Notes: generated from the letters alone by a model not told the origin. A stretch of DNA of 64,000 nt from the human T2T-CHM13v2.0 reference genome, Homo sapiens (GCA_009914755.4 CP068257.2:19040001-19104000); one strand, 5' to 3'. Shown: positions 14,340 to 28,505, counted from the first letter of the stretch. A program made the numbers and translations.

Positions 14340-16470
14340 CTAAATTTTAATACATTATTATTTAAAGTCTAATTTTGACACATACATCCACATAAAACAG
14401 AAAAAAAAGTCTAATTTCTTTTATCACTTAAGACATTAAGAAAAATTTATGTGCTATGTTTACAAAGATAGTACTTGGAAGGAGAAGAGCAGCCCAAAGA
14501 GTGTTGATTGTAGCACCGTCCAATAGATAGAGCTGAAAACAGCTGTCTGGATCATAAAGCAAGAGAATAAAAAGTAGGACTGAGATAGCAGATTTTTTTA
14601 TATATGTGAACATTACCTGAGGATTCCAGAAGTACCTGGAGGTGAAGGAATTTCACAAATACTAAGCTACCAGTAGAAAAACTGAATGGTCTCTCAAGCC
14701 ATCGTACTTTGTCATTAGAAAGAAATAAGAGTTCTGGTATCTGATCTAGCAAAGGAGACTAGAAGCTTTCATTTAGTCCTAACAATGAGGGAAAAGCTGT
14801 ACAAACTAGATCACACTCACAATTTTTAAATACATCACAGAAGTGAGGTCACAGGAAATGACAATTTTCCTGAACAGAAATCCAAAATCAGAAACCTCCA
14901 CGAGAACCAGTGCTGAAACCAGAACTGTAATTAAGGAATTGCTGGAAGCTCCATTTGGACAAATAAAAACTCCATAGGGATGCAGTCGTAGGAGGACCCC
15001 ATGCTTCTGTGAGTTTACCTCTAGGAGCTCCACCACAGTCTCAGAGACAGTGCTGGAGAGAAATTCCCTTGTGCTTCCAGGAAGAAGAGGAGAAAAGTAA
15101 CCATTTTGAAATACACTAGAGCATTCTATTCTTCTTACCAAATCCTGCCCTCGAGAGAATCCGTTTTACCAGAGCCTGTGGGGGACCTTTGACACAAAAG
15201 AAACACACTGTTACTATCAGACTCATCTGCATGAACTTCCAGCAATGATTATAAGCAAGCTTGGGGGCAATATGAGACGAGAAAATTATCCCCCAGCTGT
15301 GAGAATGGCACAAATCTTCACCCGCTGTTCAGACATATTTTTATGCAGAGCAAGAGACTTAATCCACTAGAAGAGGTGCACCAAATCCCCTTGTCCTCCA
15401 GGCATAGTTAAAGAGTAAAAAGGTAGAGAAAAAACGGCCTATCACTGGGAGAGAGAAAAGAAAAACTGTTGAAGTCAAGATTCTAAACTGTTGCTAATAG
15501 AAATGACTAACCACTGGAGGAAGGGAAGAGAATTCTGTGCCATGTAAGCTCTAACATAGACACAAGGCAACATCTGGATGACCTGGGTAGAAAAAGAGAT
15601 GAATGCTGAGAAAATTTAACCCCAGGTGCACAGGACTTACCTAAGACTGCGGTCAAAGACAATTGAGATATCTCTATATTCCCCACTATCAGCCTAGCAA
15701 GCACTGAGTAATAATAAGCAAAAAATAAAGTATTACTATGTGACAAGGCAAGACAATGGATATAAACTTCCTCTGAGGAGAAAACTTACAAGGACACCTT
15801 AAACCAGAGGGATGGGAGGGGGGAAGTATGAATAATTTAAAATTATATGCTCTGAAGACATCATCTTAATCACAGAGCATCACTGGAGAACTTTGAAGCC
15901 AGTAGAATGTTAAAGATAACCATGTTAAAATCAAAGCAAAAAAAAAAAACAATAATTTTTAAAAACTCAACTTGAGATAAAATTGTTTCCAATCTCTTCT
16001 ACCATGTGTGCAAGTACATGTGTGTGCATATGCACACATACCCTTCCCCCCACACACATATATACACACACACACAAATGGCCTGACAGAAGAGTTATTT
16101 CCATATTCGTTCAAATAAATACTATTTACTTCAGTCTCTACCTCATATATCCAAAATGTCCAATATTTCATTAAAAATTTTGAGATGCAGAAAAAAAGAA
16201 TAAAAAATGCTACATATTTGGAAAAATTAGAGCAATCAACAGAATGGATTCTGAATGTACCAAGATGTTGGAACCTTTAGAGAGGCATTTAAAATAACTA
16301 TGATTAATATATAAAAGACTTAGTGTAAAAGGTTGACAACATGTAGGAAGGCACAGCTATTTTGGCAGAGAGGGAAGCTATAAGAAAGAATTGAATGGAA
16401 ATAGTATAATTAACATTCATAATATCAACAGTAAATAATTTCCTTGACCATCTCAAAAGTAGACTTGATA

Positions 16471-16901
<431 letters not shown>

Positions 16902-17126
16902 TTAAACTGTGGGACAGTAGTAAACAGTCTAACACCATGTAATTTGGAGCCAAAAGCAGAAAAGAGTAATTAATAAGACACTTGGACAGAAACTCAGTAA
17001 GGATACAAAGATCTGACAACAGTAAAAAAAAGAAGAAAATAGAATTAAGAACAGATAGGACTCATAGAAACAAACCGCAACAAAGAGACTTAAATACTGT
17101 AACATCAATAATAACATTAAATATAG

Positions 17127-17440
17127 GGCCTGGTGCAGTGGCTCACTCATGCCTGTAAACCCAGAAATTTGGGAGGCTGAGGCAGGTAGATCACTTGTGG
17201 CCAGAAGTTTGAGACCAGCTTGGGCAACATAGTAAGCCCCTGACCCTAAAAGAAAAATTTAAAAAGTAGCTGGGCATTGTAACATGGACCTGTTGTCTTA
17301 GCTTCTTGGGAGGCTGAGGTGAGAGGATTGTTTGAGAAGTTTGAGGCTGTGGTGAGTCATGATTGTGCCACCGTACTCTGGCTTGGGCAACAGAGTGAGA
17401 CCCTGTCTCAAAAAAATAATAAATAAATAAAAATGTTTTA
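17127..17440 (+). mobile_element. Alu (old, AluJ-like, highly diverged), sense
   Basis: gggcctggtgcagtggctcactcatgcctgtaaacccagaaatttgggaggctgaggcaggtagatcacttg ... gtgccaccgtactctggcttgggcaacagagtgagaccctgtctcaaaaaaataataaataaataaaa. Confidence 0.85.
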
Positions 17441-18244
17441 CCATCCCAATTAAAATCAGAGTTTGCCAGATTGAATAAAATAGTATATCCCAAATAATTA
17501 ATTAATTAATTAAAATGGTTTACCATCCCAACTAAAATCAGAGTTTGCTGCATATAAAAGAATTCACTTTGGAGTAGAATGGTTGACATCAGATAAAATG
17601 GAGGAATAAGAAATTTACAACTTTACTCCTTTATATAAGTAACGGAAACACTGGCCAAATGATTGGAATCATCTTTTTTTCTTTTTTTGAAATCTGGATA
17701 CTAACCAAAGGCTTGCCGTAAGCTAGGGAGTGCTTATTCAAGGAAAACAGCTGAATGTCAGTAAACACGGTGAGCTGTGCAGTGTTTTAACTTAACCTAC
17801 TTTTGTCCTCTGTTCCCTAGTTCGGCAGTAGCTGTGAAAATAAGAGCTCACATTTCCAATACTAGAGGGAGCAGACAGATCTCATTTGCAAATGTTTGTA
17901 AACATTTTTTTGACCAGTTTAGTCACCCCTTGGAAGGCCAACTCAAATTCTTAACAATATTTCGCCTTGCTTAGAACCAGGTCAGTGCTAAAGCTGCTTC
18001 CAAGGGTATTTGTCAAACACATTTACAGAGTAATGTTTTAGTCACTGCTTCCAGAAATAACGGATAACAATTGAGACAACTAAAGGACTAACGAGATATT
18101 CCCAACACACAGAGAGAACTCCTCAGCAAAGACTAGAAGAGTTTTTGATTCCAAGTGTTTAAGGAAATCCTGTCCAAACATTAGCTGATCACTAAGCTAA
18201 TGGAACAGAGACTTCAGTGACCAGAACAACAAAGAATACAGACT

Positions 18245-20111
18245 TTACAGAATTAGTTCAGAAGAGTCAATAAACAAATAAGCAAAAACAGCTATATGGA
18301 CCAACAACAATAGTGAAGCAACAAGCATGTGTCTCATTCCCAGAGCGGCCACAATATAATATTTTAAATTTTCAGTTTTCAAGAGAAAAGAAGTGTGCAA
18401 AATAACAAGAAAATATGTCCCATATACAGATGAGTAAAAGCCATCAATAAAAACTATATTTGAGGAAGCCCAGATATAGGAATTTCCAGAAAAATACTTT
18501 AAAACAGCTATTTTAAATATGTCCAAAAAGCTAAAGAAAGTCATCTCTAAAGGAATAAATGTATGTGAATCATATCTCACCAAATAGGGAATAACAATAA
18601 AGATATAGAAATAGTTTAAGTGAACTAAATATAAAGGTTAAACCTTTGAAGTACAATAACTGAAATTAAAAATTCAATAAGGGGTTCAATGGTAGATTTG
18701 AGCAGGCGGAAGAAAGAATCAGCAAACTGAAGATAGGACAAACAAGATTATTCAGTCTGAGAGAGAAAATGTAATGAAGAAAATGAACAGAGCCTCAGAG
18801 AGTTTGATGGGATACCATTAAGCATATCAACATGCACATAAAGAGAATCCCAGAAGGAAAGGAGAGAGAAAGAAGAAAAAACTATTTACAGAAATTACCC
18901 AAACTTTCCATATTTGATGGAAAATATTAACATTGCCTGCACATCTGGCAAACCTAAACCAGCAGTACACAGAAAGAATTTTACACTATTACCAAATGGG
19001 ACTTATCACAGAAATGCATACTTGTTTCACCATAGAAAATTCATCAATTTTAAATACATGTTAATAGAATAAAGGAAAAATATTTCAATAGATGCAAAAA
19101 AATTTGACAAGATTCAATATGTATTCATATCAAATACACTCAACAAACTAAGATTAGAAGGTAACTTCCTCAATCTGATACAGGGCATCTGCAAAAAAAC
19201 CTCACAGATAACATTATAGGTAATGGTGAAATATGGAAAGCTTTTCAGCTAAGATCAAGAACAAGACAGATGTCTGCTGTTGCCCCTTCTATTCAGTATT
19301 GTACTACCTGTTCTAGCCAAGTCCAGATTAGAAAGGAAGAAGCAAAAGTATTTGTAGATGACATGACCATAAGGAATACACACACACACACACACACGCA
19401 CACACATACACACCCCTCACATAAAACTATTAATATTAAAGCTAATAAATGATTTCAGCAAATTTGCAAGATTCAAGATCAACATCCAGAATTAGTTGCA
19501 TTCCCCTATGATGAGCACTGAACAATGTGAAAATAAAATTAAGAAAAGAAGTCCATTTATAATAGCATCAAAGGGAATAAAATCCTTAAGAATAAATTAA
19601 CCAAAAAAATAAGACTTATATACCGAGAGCTATGAAACATTATTTAAATAAATTAAAGATCTAAATAAATGAAAAGATGTTCCAGATTTATGGTTTGGAA
19701 AATGATATTGTTAAAGGCACTGTATTTCCCAAGTTGATCTAGAGATTTAATACAATCCCTAACAAAGTTCTAACTTCTTTTTCTTTTGCAGATATGATAT
19801 GGATGAGCTAATTCTAAAATTAATTTGAAAATCCAGCAAACCCTGAATAGCCAAAATAATATTGGGAAAAAAGAGCAAATTTGGAAGAGTCCTACATTTC
19901 AATTTTAAAACTTACTATAAAGCTACAGCAGTTAAGGCAGTATGATACTGACATAAGGAATAGAATAGAGAACCTAGAAATAAATTCTCCCATCTGTGGT
20001 CAATTGATTTTCAATAAAGTTTCCAAGACCATTCAATGTGGAAGGAATAGTCTTATGACTGGATCAATTACACACATATATGCAAATTAAACCCATTTTT
20101 TAAAAGATACC
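18245..20111 (+). mobile_element. old L1 element, 5' portion: ORF1 and ORF2 (RT) remnants with internal deletions
   Basis: 18600-19000 translates to ...GFNGRFEQAEERISKLKIGQTRLFSLREKM..RIPEGKEREKEEKTIYRNYPNFPYLMENIN, which matches L1 ORF1p; 19000-19370 gives ...IDAKKFDKIQYVFISNTLNKLRLEGNFLNLIQGICKKTSQITL..MVKYGKLFS..PLLFSIVLPVLAKSRLERKKQKYL and KEEAKVFVDDMTI, which matches ORF2 RT; 19880-20100 continues ORF2 (KLQQLRQYDTDIRNRIENLEINSPICGQLIFNKVSKTIQCGRNSL). Confidence 0.8.
19377..19412. repeat. (CA)n microsatellite inside the L1 ORF2 remnant
   Basis: acacacacacacacacacgcacacacatacacac. Confidence 0.9.
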
Positions 20112-20468
20112 TGATACGCTTTGGCTATTTCCCGACCCAAATCTCTTCTTGAATTGTTGCTCCCACAATTCCCACAAGTTATGGGAGAAACCCTGTGAGA
20201 GATAATTGAATCATGGAGGTGGTTTTCCTCATACTGTTCTCATGGTAGTGAATAAGTCTCATGAGATCTGATGGTTTTATAAGAAGTTTCCCCTTTTGCT
20301 TGGCCCTCAGTCTTACTGCCACCAAGTAAGACATGGCTTTTGCCTTCCACCATGATCATGAGAACTCCCCAGCCACATGGAACTGTGAGTTCATTAAACC
20401 TCTTTTACTTTATGAAGATCCCAGTGTCAGATATGTCTTTCTCAGCAGCATGAAAACAAACTAATACA
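20112..20468 (+). mobile_element. THE1-type 5' LTR
   Basis: see the full-length element; begins TG and ends CA. Confidence 0.85.
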
Positions 20469-22066
20469 ATAAATTGGTACCAGATAATGGGGTGCTGCTT
20501 GTAAAGATACCTGAAAATGTGGAAGTGACTTTGGAACTGGGTAACAGGAAGAGGCTGGAACAGTTTTAAGGGCTCAGAAGAAGACTGGAAAATGTGGGAA
20601 ACTTTGGAACTTCCTAGAGACTTGGAGGGCTCAGAAGACAAAAAGATCTGGAAAAGTTAGGAACTTCCCAGAGACTTGTTGAATGGCTTTTACCAAAATG
20701 CTGATTGTGATATGGACAATAAGGTCCAGGCTGAGGTGGTCTCAGATGGAGATGAGAAACTTATTGGGAACTAGAGTAAAGGTCACTCTTGCTATGCAAA
20801 GAGACTGGCAGCATTTTGCCCCTGCCCTAGAGATCTGTGGAACTTTGAAACTGAGCGTGATGATTTAGTGTATCTGGTGGAAGAAATTTCTAAGTGTCAA
20901 AGCATTTGAGAGGAAGCAGAGCATAAAAGTTTGGAAAACTTGCAGCCTAAAAATGTGATAAAAAAGAAAACCCCATTTTCTGGGGGGAAATTCAAGCCAG
21001 CTACAGAAATTTGCATGAGCAACAAGGAGCCAAATGTTAATCACCAAGACAATGGGGAAAATGTCTCCAGGGCATGGCAGAGACCTTTACAGCAGCCCCT
21101 CCCATCACAGGCCAGAGGCCTAGTAGAAAATATGGTTGTGTGGGCTGGGCCCCGGGCCCTCCTGCTATATGCAGCCTAGGCATTTTTGCCCTGCATCCCA
21201 CCTGCTGCAACCTTGGCTAACAGGGGTAAAGGTACAGCTCAGGCTGTGGCTGCAGAGGGTGCAAGCCTTAAGCCTTGACAGCTTCCATGTGGTGTTGAGC
21301 CTCTGAATGAGTAGAAGTCAAGAATTGAGGTTTGGGAAACTCTGCCTAGATTTCAGAGGATGAAATCTCTGAATGGAAATGGCTGGATATCCAGGGTGAA
21401 GTTTGCTGCAGGGTCAAGGCCCTCATGGAGTACCTCTGCTAGGGCAATGCAGAAGGGAAATGCGGGATTGGAGCCCCCACACAGAGTCCCTACTGGGGCA
21501 CGACCCAGTGGAGCTGTGAGAAGAGAGCCACTTTTCTCCAGACACCAGAATGGCAGATCCACTGACAGCTTGCACCATGCACCTGGAAAAGCCGCAGACA
21601 CCCAATGCCAGCCTGTGAAAGCATCCAGGAGGGGGCTGTTGCCTGCATAGCCACAGGGGCGGAGCTACCCAAGGCCATGGGACCCCAGTTCTTGCATCAG
21701 TGTGACCTGGATATGAGGCATGGAATCAAAGGTGATCATTTTGGAGCTTTAAGATTTGACTGCTCTGCTGGATTTCTGACTTGCATGGGGCCTGTAGCCC
21801 CTTCATTTTGGTCAGTTTCTCACATTTGAAACAACCGTATTTACTCAATGCCTGTACCCCCATTGTATCTAGGAAGTAACAAACTTGCTTTTGATTTTAC
21901 AGGCTCATAGGCAGAAGGGACTTGCCTGGTCTCAGATGAGACTTTGCACTGCGGACTTTTGAGTTAATGCTGAAATGCGTTAAAACTTTGGGGGATTGTT
22001 GAGAAGGCATGATTGGTTTTGAAATGTGAGGATGTGAGATTTGGGAGAGAGGGACCAGCAATGGAA

Positions 22067-22423
22067 TGATATGGTTTGGCTGTGTCCCCACCTAAATCTC
22101 ATCTTGAATTATAGTTTTCATAATCCCCACATGTTGTGGGAGGGACCTGGTGAGAGATGATTGAATCATGGTGGCAGCTTCCCCCTTACTGTTCTCCTGG
22201 TAGTGACTAAGTCTCATGAGATCTGATGGTTTGATAAGGGATTTCTCCTTTTGCTTGGCTCTCATTCTTCCTGCCACCATGTAAAACGTGCCTTTCACCT
22301 TCTGCCATTATTGTGAGACCTCTCCTGCCAAGTGAAACTGTGAGTCCATTAAACCTTTTTTTCTCTATAAATTACCCAGTTTTGAGTATGTCTTTATCAG
22401 CAGTGTGAAAATGAACTAATACA
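22067..22423 (+). mobile_element. THE1-type 3' LTR
   Basis: tgatatggtttggctgtgtccccacctaaatctcatcttgaattatag ... cagcagtgtgaaaatgaactaataca. Confidence 0.85.
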
Positions 22424-23680
22424 ATACCCAAAACGGAAAACATCTCAACCCATAGCTTGCACCATATAAAAACTTAACTCAAAATGAATGACCTAAATAT
22501 ACAAGCTAAAACTATAAACTCTTAGAATAAAACATAGGATATAATAAAAATACAAAAATAGCAATAATGAAACCTTTGTGACTTAGTTTAGACCATGATT
22601 TCTTAGAATTAATACAAATTCATGAATCAGAGAAAAAAATTGATTAATTTGAGTTCGTCAAAATTAAAATTTTCTGCTCTTCGAAAAATAGTTAAAAAAT
22701 ACAAGTTACACACTTCGTATACAGAATATGTAATGCATTTTTAAAATTCAACAATAACAATCCAATGTTTAAACATGGAGAAACATTTTGAGCAGATATT
22801 CCAATAAAGAAACTATCCTAATGGCAATAAGTACACAATAAAATGCACAATGCAATTAGTGATATGTAAATTAAAATCACTATAGGAAATCCCTTCACAA
22901 CTCTTAGAATTAATTGGGGAAAAAAACCTGGCAATACCACATGATGGCACGGATGTTGAGGGTAACTGGAATGCTCATACATTACTGGTAGGAATGCAAA
23001 ATGGCACAGCCAGCTTGAAAAAACAGTTTGGCAGTTTCTTATAATGTAAAAACATGTGTGTATATATATATATATATATTCACTATAAAACCCAGTAATC
23101 ACATTCCTAAGCACTTACCCAAAAGAAAGAACCAAAAACATATATCCACACAATAACCTGTATTTGAATATTCATAGCAGTAATATTTATGATCACCCAA
23201 CACTGGAAACAGCTTCCTAGGTTCATCAAATTTTTAATGAGTAAGCAAAATGTTATACAGGAATATACAATGGAAGCCTACTCACCAATAAAAAGGAACA
23301 AATCATTGATAAACACAAGATGAATGAATCTGTGATATTATACTGTGTGAATAAAAATCTCTCAAAATGTTACCTGATGTATGATTCGCATTAATGTATG
23401 AAACATTGTGTGAAATATAAAATTCTAGGAAAAGGTGAAAGTTTGGATGTGATCCAGGGGCTAGGGTTGGGGAAAATGATTCATTACACAGAGACACATA
23501 TAAACTTTTTGAAGTGATGGAAATCCCCTATATATTGTCTGCATTGGTGATGACACAACTATATGCATGTTTTTTTCAAATTGAATAGAACAGTATGCCT
23601 AAACTAGGTGACTCATATTGTATGTAAATCATGCTTCAGCAAACCTGACTAAAAATAAGTACCACTAAATAATTATTTTC
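22424..23680 (+). mobile_element. continuation of the same old L1 (ORF2 C-terminal region plus 3'UTR) after the THE1 insertion
   Basis: Sequence resumes in L1 ORF2-like frame: ggcaataccacatgatggcacggatgttgagggtaactggaatgctcatacattactggtaggaatgcaaaatggcacagccagcttgaaaaaacagtttggcag and cctgtatttgaatattcatagcagtaatatttatgatcacccaacactggaaacagcttcctagg ... aatgttatacaggaatatacaatggaagcctactcaccaataaaaaggaacaaatcattgat; it ends in an A-rich tract. Confidence 0.8.
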
Positions 23681-23704
23681 ACCACCACCACCACCACCAC
23701 CACC
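23681..23704. repeat. (CCA)n microsatellite at the L1 3' terminus
   Basis: accaccaccaccaccaccaccacc. Confidence 0.9.
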
Positions 23705-23910
23705 GAAACCACAGTAGGTCCTGTGTTACAGGTAGATAGACATGAGCGTGGCACGGGAGGGCTCTCCCCACCCACTGGAAACGTCGGGTGATGGTTCAGC
23801 AATTACTGCATTGCCTCTCTAAAAGTAATGCATTGGCAGCCAGCACCAAGGAGAGGCCATTTCCTGATGGTCCATACTTGTTAACATTAAAGTGTTAATT
23901 AAAGGTAGAC

Positions 23911-23962
23911 ACCACCCCCCACCCCCCCACCCCCCCCCCCCGAACACACACACACACACACG
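23911..23962. repeat. poly-C / (CA)n tract
   Basis: accaccccccacccccccaccccccccccccgaacacacacacacacacacgcc. Confidence 0.9.
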
Positions 23963-24253
23963 CCTCCCTGGAGTACCAACTTCCCTGGCACTCACATTAA
24001 GAGACAAAAATGGTGATGTATGATCTTCCGGGTACACTCCACCAGAAAAAGGAAGACAGCCTTAGAATGGCACTCGTGTAACTCCCTAAACACACTGTGG
24101 GTGCTTACTTCCCAAGGGTAAGGAGGGCTCTGTGCATGCGGGCAGCCCACCCTAAGCTAAGGGAAGAATCATGGAAAAGAGGAAAACCTCTCCTAAGATC
24201 GTGGTTAAACAGGGCACTTGACCTTCTCTCTCTTCTTTTTTAATCTCTTGCTC

Positions 24254-24558
24254 TTTTTTTTTTTTTTGAGACGGAGTCTCGCTCTTTCGCTCAGGCTGGA
24301 ATGCAGTAACCAATCTTGACTCACTGCAAGCTCCGCCTCCCGGGTTCACGCCATTCTCCCGCCTCAGCCTCCCGAGTACCTGGGACTACAGGTGCCCGCT
24401 ACCACGCCCAGCTAATTTTTTGTTGTTGTTGTATTTTTAGTAGAGACGGGGTTTCAACCGTGTTAGCCAGGATGGTCTCGATCTCCTGACCTCGTGATCT
24501 GCCCGCCTCGGCCTCCCAAAGTGCTGGGATTACAGGCATGAGCCACACCACGCCCGGC
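24254..24558 (-). mobile_element. Alu (AluS/Y-like), antisense, full length
   Basis: poly-T gagacggagtctcgctctttcgctcaggctggaatgcagt ... cctcggcctcccaaagtgctgggattacaggcatgagccacaccacgcccggc; TSD-like flanks ttttttaatctcttg and ttttttatctcttgg. Confidence 0.93.
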
Positions 24559-26916
24559 TCCCTTTTTTATCTCTTGGACGTTGGTGCCCACTCGGATCTC
24601 TTCCAAGCAAACTTTCCTTTCTTTCCTGTTCTAAAGTCTTTTTAATAAACTTCCATTCTTGCTCTGAAACTTGCCTCAGTCTCTTTTTCTGCTTTATGCC
24701 CCTCAGGGGAATTCTTTCTTCCGAGGAAGCAAGGGCTAAAGTTGCTGCAGACCCTCACGGACACACCGCAGGTCACTTGGGGTAACTCAGATTCCTGCCA
24801 ACAGTAACAGTTCTTTTGTATTCACCTGTTGTCAAAGTAAGACGTGCTTATTCAAATCTTCACGTTTTTGAGGTTTATGCTCAGGTCAAATAATTTTTTC
24901 GAGCTTCTCACCCATGTATCCAACTGCCTACATGTTATTTTACTTTATGTGTCCTATAAGTAATTCAAATTTATGATATTCAAAACAGAAATCATTCTCT
25001 CTGCCACCCCTTCCTGAAATGTTTCCCACCCTTTCTTTCTCATCTCATATCACAGAATCAGTTATTCAAACTGGGATTCTGGATACTAGGATTGTTTCCT
25101 TTTTCTCCCTTTCTCTGTATTTAATCAGATCCAATCTGTACCTAATACATAGTAGACACTCAAAATATGTTTCTGAATGAATAAATAAAGAATTCTGTTC
25201 CTGGGAATAGAACAAATGTTTGAATGGTACTAAAGACAGCCTGTGCTTTCAGAAAAGCATCATGAAACATTAGCTCTGCGTTTAGGAGCAAAACCGTGCA
25301 ATTAAGATCAGAGCGTGGGGGAAGGGAGTCAAAGTTACTCTGCTGCTGAGATGCACGAGTTAAATACTATTAGAGAAATAAGAATAAATTGATTGAGGCA
25401 AAAGTGTCATAAACTCTTCCGTGTTTATCTCCTTAGGTTTTATGCTCTGCATCCTAGGTCTCATTTATAATTCTTATATCTGTCTCTACTTATGAATTCA
25501 TAACTGCTTTGTTCTCTCAAAGGCACTCCATTTCTCTACATTTTATGCCTGGCTTTGCTAAATCAATTAAGTTCAATTGAATTTAGCTAAATAAGTCACA
25601 AAACTAAACCCACAAGACCACATTAACAAAGACATACTGCTGCATTCACTCTCAATGAATATTTAGTAGTATCCATATTTCCTCAATCTGAAAGCTGACC
25701 TGATTTATTATCTAAGTCCGTAAATAGAATAAAATTGATTAGTCTTAAAATAATAGCCACTATTATCTAAAGGGAAGAAAAATGTAGTAAACCGAAGAGT
25801 GGTATTCATGAGTCTGTCCCGGTCACTTGAAAATAAAATTTCAATAGGTGTCCAAGCAGGATGTGACAAGCCTTCCCTGCCTTCCCTCCCCTGTCCCTGT
25901 TTCAGCAGAGATCAGTCTGCACTTTGAAGCTGCAAATGGCATGTGAGTTGTTTTCACAAACCCATGATGGATAATGGCTAATGGGTAGTACTGTGGTAAC
26001 AAAGCACTAAGTTTTGAACAAAATAGCTGTGGGACTTGAGGATATTTTAGTGCTTCTTTTGCTTCACAAACGCACCAAGTTTCCTAGAAGAACTGGCCAA
26101 TAAAACTGCCAGAACAGGGAAGGTCAAAGCACAAAAGAACTAATAGGATCTCAAGGGAAGAGTGGTACAGCTGGTGGTTATTACCACTCATGCCTAGACC
26201 AGGAGGTCTGTTAAAAAAACAGAACTCTTTGCAGCAGGCAGAATAAATAAACTTACTCTACTCCATGTTGATGCTTCTTTCAGATGATCAAGATGGCATT
26301 TTCCATTTTTTAAATTAATGTATTTTTATTGATACATATTAGATGTGTATATTTTCAGGGTACGTGTCATAATTTCATAATTCATATAACCAAATTGGGG
26401 TAGTCGTGATGTCCATCACCTTAAACATTTATCTTTCCTTTCCACTAGGAACATTCAAATTATTCTTTTCTAGCTATTTTGAAATGCACAATTGGTTAAT
26501 GTTCGCTATAGTCACTACTGATCTATGGGACACCAGGTCTTATTTCTTTTAAGTGTATATTTGTACTCCTTAAGGCTGCACCATTTTCTTCCTTTAGACT
26601 GAATTAAAATAGCCATCCTTTCAAACTTTTCTAAACGTTCCCTCAGGGGAGGGCATCTGTAATTTGGGTCATTAATGGCTAAAAAATCCAAATTAATAAA
26701 CATTAGACAATGCAGCGGACAATTTAAACTAATTTAAATTATCAGATTATTATTTTATTACAGGCTATGGTCTATATTCATAGATTTCCATGGACAGTTA
26801 ATAATAATATATTTTAGGGACCTCTTTCTATAGGTTAGATTTTGCATGGATTAATTAATCTTTTCCTTTGGCTATGTATTATTACTTTTTCTTATTAAAA
26901 AAAAATAAGATACTAC

Positions 26917-27046
26917 TAGCTACTGTGTCTCACACCTGTAGTCCCAGTGCTTTAGGAGGCCAAGATGGGAGCATCACTTGAGGCCAGGTGTTCAAGACCA
27001 GCCTAGGCAATATAGCAAGAAACCTGTCTCTATAGAAAACATAAGT
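26917..27046 (+). mobile_element. Alu left-monomer-only element (FLAM-like, ~130 bp) with 13-bp TSD
   Basis: tagctactgtgtctcacacctgtagtcccagtgctttaggaggccaagatgggagcatcacttgaggccaggtgttcaagaccagcctaggcaatatagcaagaaacctgtctc then an A-rich tail; aaataagatacta at 26904-26916 and 27047-27059. Confidence 0.75.
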
Positions 27047-27660
27047 AAATAAGATACTAAGAAAGATCTCTAAGAGAGAAAGAATAAAATCTGCCAATTA
27101 AAGTGATATAATTTCTTATTACTTAAAGCTTTTTCTAAAAAAACTACACCGATTTTATTAATCAGCCATCATCATTGTACACATATAAAATAGAAATATA
27201 ATTCAAATTAATTAAAGTATTACTAAAATGCATTACTATTCAAAATCTAATTGTTAATTACTTTTCTGTCCAGGTCTGTCACGTGAGTTGACACTATCGT
27301 CTTCTCTGCCAATAAGAGTTTTAGATGTAGCATTTATGAAAATGCATTATGATATAACCAAAAGCCAGTAATGGTGAGCTCTTAAGATAACTTCATCAAA
27401 ATCCCACTTTGGGATTATTGCTCAACTGCTTGATTCATAACCGCTCCCCCCACCCATGCCTTCCACTGTAAATTCTGAAAATAAAAAGAAAATTCCAGTG
27501 TCGTCATTTAGATTTTCTTTAATGCCTCTGCCATCCACATCACAAACTTTGAAACTGGATATTTATTATTTTTAAAAAATTTATAGGCAGTGACAACTAT
27601 GCCATTATTACTCTCCAGCTGACATCAATTTGAAGACAGTATCAATTAAAACATGCATCC

Positions 27661-27955
<295 letters not shown>

Positions 27956-28505
27956 TTCTATCCTTATATCAGATGTTATGGTTAGTGTACACATACTTTA
28001 ATGCCTAGAGATATGTAGTTAGTGAAATGCTCAAGTCAGAGTTCAAAAAGAGGCCATCAAGCCCAAGCCCAAGATTAGAGCTATCTTTACACTTGCATAT
28101 TCAATATTCTGGATGGGGGGAGGGGAATGGGAATTTTAAATAGAATTGGCCTCCAACTCCTTTCCCAGAATAATTTCTTCTACACTTCTTAAATGCTATC
28201 CTACCTGTCAGGTACAGAGCACCAGAGTATTCCAGCCATGTGAGATTTCCTGTTTTCAACTCACAAGTTCTTTCTTGCTTCAGGTACAATTGCCTTAGAC
28301 AGGGTATTGCTTGCTGTAATAACAAATAGATCTTTAAAATAAAATAGCTTCCAAAAGAGTTTCATAGAATGATCTTGGGTGGAATTCTATAAAAGTCTTC
28401 AGGAGTCACAGATGATGAAACAAATCTGCAACCGATGGTTTCCAAGGCTGTTTTTATCTTATAAATCAGAACAATGGGTGATTCCTAGTCACAACATTTA
28501 TGGAA

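Larger units (their letters stand above)
20112..22423 (+). mobile_element. full-length THE1-type MaLR (ERVL-MaLR) retrotransposon: 5' LTR, ~1.6-kb non-coding internal region, 3' LTR; 5-bp TSD ATACC
   Basis: Two ~357-bp direct repeats (20112-20468 and 22067-22423) both run tgata(c/t)g(c/g)tttggct...cccaaatctc(t/a)tcttgaatt ... ctaatacaa. The internal sequence starts aaattggtaccagataatggggtgctgcttgtaaagatacctgaaaatgtggaagtgactttggaactgggtaacagg and ends ggcatgattggttttgaaatgtgaggatgtgagatttggg, matching the THE1 internal region. atacc flanks both ends (20107-20111 and 22424-22428). Confidence 0.85.

Noticed and set aside
14400-15960. Possible additional L1-related segment, based on the A-rich plus strand and phrases reminiscent of L1
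   Set aside because: I could not align it convincingly to L1 ORF or UTR landmarks by eye, so it is left unannotated.
20931-21829. Cluster of 60-96-aa ORFs on both strands (20931-21179, 21353-21601, 21360-21650, 21490-21678, 21605-21829)
   Set aside because: All lie inside the THE1 internal region, which is a known non-coding MaLR interior. The GC-richer composition there simply lowers stop-codon frequency.
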